From Pristiophorus japonicus (taxonomy: Eukaryota): a DNA stretch of 64,000 nucleotides. Both the position numbers and the translations under genes were made by a program. Positions within the stretch are counted from its first letter, which is position 1; each line of letters opens with the position of its first letter. The stretch lies in the NCBI RefSeq assembly GCF_044704955.1, contig NC_091999.1, forward strand, positions 61,628,001-61,692,000, read 5' to 3'. Below are positions 60,007 through 64,000 of the stretch, one piece after another. The notes under the pieces were generated by a model. That model was not told the DNA's origin. It worked only from the letters and a program-made list of their open reading frames with translations, and did no database searches.

Positions 60007-62994
60007 TCAGTACCCCCTTCCTGCTTTCTCGCCATAACCCTTGATCCCCCGAGTAGTAAGGACTTCATCTAACTCCCTTTTGAATATATTTAGTGAATTG
60101 GCCTCAACTACTTTCTGTGGTAGAGAATTCCACAGGTTCACCACTCTCTGGGTGAAGAAGTTTCTCCTCATCTCGGTCCTAAATGGCTTACCCCTTATCC
60201 TCAGACTGTGACCCCTGGTTCTGGACTTCCCCAACATTGGGAACATTCTTTCTGCATCTAACCTGTCTAAACCCGTCAGAATTTTAAACGTTTCTATGAG
60301 GTCCCCTCTCATTCTTCTGAACTCCAGTGAATACAAGCCCAATTGATCCAATCTTTCTTGATAGGTCAGTCCCGCCATCCCGGGAATCAGTCTGGTGAAC
60401 CTTCGCTGCACTCCCTCAATAGCAAGAATGTCCTTCCTCAAGTTAGGAGACCAAAACTGTACACAATACTCCAGGTGTGGCCTCACCAAGGCCCTGTACA
60501 ACTGTAGCAACACCTCCCTGCCCCTGTATTCAAATCCCCTCGCTATGAAGGCCAACATGCCATTTGCTTTCTTAACCGCCTGCTGTACCTGCATGCCAAC
60601 CTTCAATGACTGATGTACCATGACACCCAGGTCTCGTTGCACCTTCCCTTTTCCTAATCTGTCACCATTCAGATAATAGTCTGTCTCTCTGTTTTTACCA
60701 CCAAAGTGGATAACCTCACATTTATCCACATTATACTTCATCTGCCATGCATTTGCCCACTCACCTAACCTATCCAAGTCACTCTGCAGCCTAATAGCAT
60801 CCTCCTCGCAGCTCACACTGCCACCCAACTTAGTATCATCCGCAAATTTGGAGATACTGCATTTAATCCCCTCGTCTAAATCATTAATGTACAATGTAAA
60901 CAGCTGGGGCCCCAGCACAGAACCTTGCGGCACTCCACTAGTCACTGCCTGCCATTCTGAAAAGTACCCGTTTACTCCTACTCTTTGCTTCCTGTCTGAC
61001 AACCAGTTCTCAATCCACGTCAGCACACTACCCCCAATCCCATGTGCTTTAACTTTGCACATTAATCTCTTGTGTGGGACCTTGTCGAAAGCCTTCTGAA
61101 AGTCCAAATATACCACATCAACTGGTTCTCCTTTGTCCACTTTACTGGAAACATCCTCAAAAAATTCCAGAAGATTTGTCAAGCATGATTTCCCTTTCAC
61201 AAATCCATGCTGACTTGGACCTATCATGTCACCATTTTCCAGATGCACTGCTATGACATCCTTAATAATTGATTCCATCATTTTACCCACTACTGAGGTC
61301 AGGCTGACCGGTCTATAATTCCCTGTTTTCTCTCTCCCTCCTTTTTTAAAAAGTGGGGTTACATTGGCTACCCTCCACTCCATAGGAACTGATCCAGAGT
61401 CAATGGAATGTTGGAAAATGACTGTCAATGCATCCGCTATTTCCAAGGCCACCTCCTTAAGTACTCTAGGATGCAGGCCATCAGGCCCTGGGGATTTATC
61501 TGCCTTCAATCCCATCAATTTCCCCAACACAATTTCCCGAATAATAAAGATTTCCCTCAGTTCCTCTTCCTTACTAGACCCTCTGACCCCTTTTATATCC
61601 GGAAGGTTGTTTGTATCCTCCTTAGTGAATACCGAACCAAAGTACTTGTTCAATTGATCCGCCATTTCTTTGTTCCCCGTTATGACTTCCCCTGATTCTG
61701 ACTGCAGGGGACCTACGTTTGTCTTCACCAACCTTTTTCTCTTTACATACCTATAGAAACTTTTGCAATCCGCCTTAATGTTCCCTGCAAGCTTCTTCTC
61801 GTACTCCATTTTCCCTGTCCTAATCAAACCCTTTGTCCTCCTCTGCTGAGTTCTAAATTTCTCCCAGTCCCCAGGTTCGCTGCTATTTCTGGCCAATTTG
61901 TATGCCACTTCCTTGGCTTTAATACTATCCCTGATTTCCCTAGATAGCCACGGTTGAGCCACCTTCCCCTTTTTATTTTTACGCCAGACAGGAATGTACA
62001 ATTGTTGTACTTCATCCATGCGGTCTCTAAATGTCTGCCATTGCCCATCCACAGTCAACCCCCTAAGTATCATTCGCCAATCTATCCTAGCCAATTCTCG
62101 CCTCATACCTTCAAAGTTACCCTTCTTTAAGTTCTGGACCATGGTCTCTGAATTTACTGTTTCATTCTCCATCCTAATGCAGAATTCCACCATATTATGG
62201 TCACTCTTCCCCAAGGGGCCTCGCACAATGAGATTGCTAATTAATCCTCTCTCATTACACAACACCCAGTCTAAGATGGCCTCCCCCCTAGTTGGTTCCT
62301 CAACATATTGGTCTAGAAAACCATCCCTTATGCACTCCAGGAAATCCTCCTCCACCGTATTGCTTCCAGTTTGGCTAGCCCAATCTATGTGCATATTAAA
62401 GTCACCCATTATAACTGCTACACCTTTATTGCATGCACCCCTAATTTCCTGTTTGATGCCCTCCCCAACATCCCTATTACTGTTTGGAGGTCTGTACACA
62501 ACTCCTACTAACGTTTTTTGCCCTTTGGTGTTCTGCAGCTCTACCCATATAGATTCCACATCATCCAAGCTAATGTCTTTCCTAACTATTGCATTAATCT
62601 CCTCTTTAACCAGCAATGCTACCCCACCTCCTTTTCCTTTTATTCTATCCTTCCTGAATGTTGAATACCCCTGAATGTTGAGTTCCCAGCCCTGATCATC
62701 CTGGAGCCACGTCTCCGTAATCCCAATCACATCATATTTGTTAACATCTATTTGCACAATTAATTCATCCACCTTATTGCGGATACTCCTTGCATTAAGA
62801 CACAAAGCCTTCAGGCTTGTTTTATTAACACCCTTTGTCCTTTTAGAATTTTGCTGTACAGTGGCCCTTTTTGTTCTTTGCCTTGGGTTTCTCTGCCCTA
62901 CACTTTTCCTCCTCTCCTTTCTGTCTTTTGCTTTTGGCTCCTTTTTGTTTCCCTCTGTCTCCCTGCATTGGTTCCCATCCCCCTGCCATATTAG
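60007..62994 (-). CDS. CR1 ORF2: APE-type endonuclease plus reverse transcriptase (frame open from the ORF1 overlap; no AUG before the catalytic residues)
   Basis: The 932-aa track ORF starts at TTG, and 63 further open codons upstream reach the ORF1 end. Motifs [33 protein letters not shown]. Confidence 0.95.
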   Translation of the reverse strand, partial: LIWQGDGNQCRETEGNKKEPKAKDRKERRKSVGQRNPRQRTKRATVQQNSKRTKGVNKTSLKALCLNARSIRNKVDELIVQIDVNKYDVIGITETWLQDDQGWELNIQGYSTFRKDRIKGKGGGVALLVKEEINAIVRKDISLDDVESIWVELQNTKGQKTLVGVVYRPPNSNRDVGEGIKQEIRGACNKGVAVIMGDFNMHIDWASQTGSNTVEEDFLECIRDGFLDQYVEEPTRGEAILDWVLCNERGLISNLIVRGPLGKSDHNMVEFCIRMENETVNSETMVQNLKKGNFEGMRRELARIDWRMILRGLTVDGQWQTFRDRMDEVQQLYIPVWRKNKKGKVAQPWLSREIRDSIKAKEVAYKLARNSSEPGDWEKFRTQQRRTKGLIRTGKMEYEKKLAGNIKADCKSFYRYVKRKRLVKTNVGPLQSESGEVITGNKEMADQLNKYFGSVFTKEDTNNLPDIKGVRGSSKEEELREIFIIREIVLGKLMGLKADKSPGPDGLHPRVLKEVALEIADALTVIFQHSIDSGSVPMEWRVANVTPLFKKGGREKTGNYRPVSLTSVVGKMMESIIKDVIAVHLENGDMIGPSQHGFVKGKSCLTNLLEFFEDVSSKVDKGEPVDVVYLDFQKAFDKVPHKRLMCKVKAHGIGGSVLTWIENWLSDRKQRVGVNGYFSEWQAVTSGVPQGSVLGPQLFTLYINDLDEGIKCSISKFADDTKLGGSVSCEEDAIRLQSDLDRLGEWANAWQMKYNVDKCEVIHFGGKNRETDYYLNGDRLGKGKVQRDLGVMVHQSLKVGMQVQQAVKKANGMLAFIARGFEYRGREVLLQLYRALVRPHLEYCVQFWSPNLRKDILAIEGVQRRFTRLIPGMAGLTYQERLDQLGLYSLEFRRMRGDLIETFKILTGLDRLDAERMFPMLGKSRTRGHSLRIRGKPFRTEMRRNFFTQRVVNLWNSLPQKVVEANSLNIFKRELDEVLTTRGIKGYGEKAGRGY

Positions 62995-63938
62995 TTTAAA
63001 TCCTCCCCAACAGCACTAGCAAACACTCCCCCGAGGACATTGGTTCCAGTCCTGCCCAGGTGCAGACCGTCCGGTTTGTACTGGTCCCACCTCCCCCAGA
63101 ACCGGTCCCAATGCCCCAGGAATTTGAATCCCTCCCTGCTGCACCACTGCTCAAGCCACGTATTCATCTGCGCTATCCTGCGATTCCTACTCTGACTATC
63201 ACGTGGCACTGGTAGCAATCCCGAGATTACTACTTTTGAGGTCCTACTTTTTAATTTAGCTCCTAGCTCCTTAAATTCGTTTCGTAGGACCTCATCCCTT
63301 TTTTTGCCTATGTCGTTGGTACCAATGTGCACCACGACAACTGGCTGTTCTCCCTCCCATTTCAGAATGTCCTGCAACCGCTCCGAGACATCCTTGACCC
63401 TTGCACCAGGGAGGCAACATACCATCCTGGAGTCTCGGTTGCGGCCGCAGAAACGCCTATCTATTCCCCTCACAATTGAATCCCCTATCACTATCGCTCT
63501 CCCACTCTTTTTCTTGCCCTCCTGTGCAGCAGAGCCATCCACGGTGCCATGAACTTGGCTGCTGCTGCCCTCCCCTGATGAGTCATTCCCCTCAACAGTA
63601 CCCAAAACGGTGTATCTGTTTTGCAGGGGGATGACCGCAGGGGACCCCTGCACTACCTTCCTTGCTCTACTCTTCCTGCTGGTCTTCCATTCCCTATCTG
63701 GCTGTGGACCCTTTCCCTGCGGTAAGACCAACTCACTACACGTGATACTCACGTCATTCTCAGCATCGTGGATGCTCCAGAGTGAATCCACCCTCAGCTC
63801 CAATTCCGTAACGCGGACCGTCAGGAGCTGGAGGCGGATACACTTCCCGCACACATAGTCGTCAGGGACACCGGAAGCGTCCCTGAGTTCCCACATGGTA
63901 CAGGAGGAGCATAACACCCGACCGAGCTCTCCTGCCAT
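62991..63938 (-). CDS. CR1 ORF1p: CxxC-CxxC zinc finger, coiled coil and SGNH/GDSL esterase domain
   Basis: CSSC...CGKC, heptad LQLLTVRVTELELRVDSL, and esterase blocks IGDS, PGA, GTND, PDGLH; GCCATGG Kozak start. Confidence 0.95.
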   Translation of the reverse strand: MAGELGRVLCSSCTMWELRDASGVPDDYVCGKCIRLQLLTVRVTELELRVDSLWSIHDAENDVSITCSELVLPQGKGPQPDREWKTSRKSRARKVVQGSPAVIPLQNRYTVLGTVEGNDSSGEGSSSQVHGTVDGSAAQEGKKKSGRAIVIGDSIVRGIDRRFCGRNRDSRMVCCLPGARVKDVSERLQDILKWEGEQPVVVVHIGTNDIGKKRDEVLRNEFKELGAKLKSRTSKVVISGLLPVPRDSQSRNRRIAQMNTWLEQWCSREGFKFLGHWDRFWGRWDQYKPDGLHLGRTGTNVLGGVFASAVGEDLN

Positions 63939-64000
63939 GACTTAACCCTTAGATGCACTTAAACTGGTAATAACAATGTTAAAAGTTACTGACCAATATA

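Larger units (their letters stand above)
59912..64000 (-). mobile_element. Intact, probably full-length young CR1 LINE (5' UTR runs off the window)
   Basis: (CTATGTTT)n tail, 3' UTR, uninterrupted ORF2 and ORF1. Confidence 0.97.

Noticed and set aside
61994-62674. 226-aa ORF antisense to CR1 ORF2 (also 1032-1751 and 26073-26657)
   Set aside because: Shadow frame of the LINE coding sequence with no recognisable domain; recurrence reflects shared ancestry.
59902-64000. Strictly tRNA-specific LINE
   Set aside because: The sibling copy at 1081-3840 sits in an Ig intron and other CR1s are in spacers, so at most a weak preference.

Overview
Vertebrate, almost certainly cartilaginous-fish (shark), genomic DNA with no intact host protein gene. 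Left to right: (1) 0.46-6.56 kb, a minus-strand IgM heavy-chain constant-region pseudogene (half of Cmu1, an intact Cmu2, a ruined Cmu3) with no V/D/J, a 5'-truncated CR1 LINE in one intron and a CR1-derived 38-bp minisatellite in the other. (2) 7.0-25.35 kb, a decaying tandem array of a [DeuSINE relic - tRNA-Leu(TAA) - CT-rich spacer - tRNA-Asp(GTC) - tRNA-Ser(AGA)] unit, which resumes at 57.8-59.9 kb. (3) 25.35-57.8 kb, an interposed block with many CR1 fragments, two degenerate LTR/ERV-like elements (one with RT and env-like remnants and a tRNA-Ser PBS), three C2H2 zinc-finger pseudogenes around a CpG-island bidirectional promoter, a solo LTR, and 34-bp and 54-bp minisatellites. (4) 59.9-64.0 kb, an intact young CR1 LINE (ORF1 zinc finger plus SGNH esterase; ORF2 endonuclease plus RT) inserted inside a tRNA-Asp gene. 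The most interesting signal is at this element's ORF1/ORF2 junction. ORF1 ends in a canonical U_UUA_AAC slippery heptamer followed 10 nt later by four G-tracts, and ORF2 is open in the -1 frame with no usable AUG. This suggests programmed -1 ribosomal frameshifting to an approximately 1310-aa ORF1-ORF2 fusion. All calls are by eye; boundaries of degenerate repeats are approximate.
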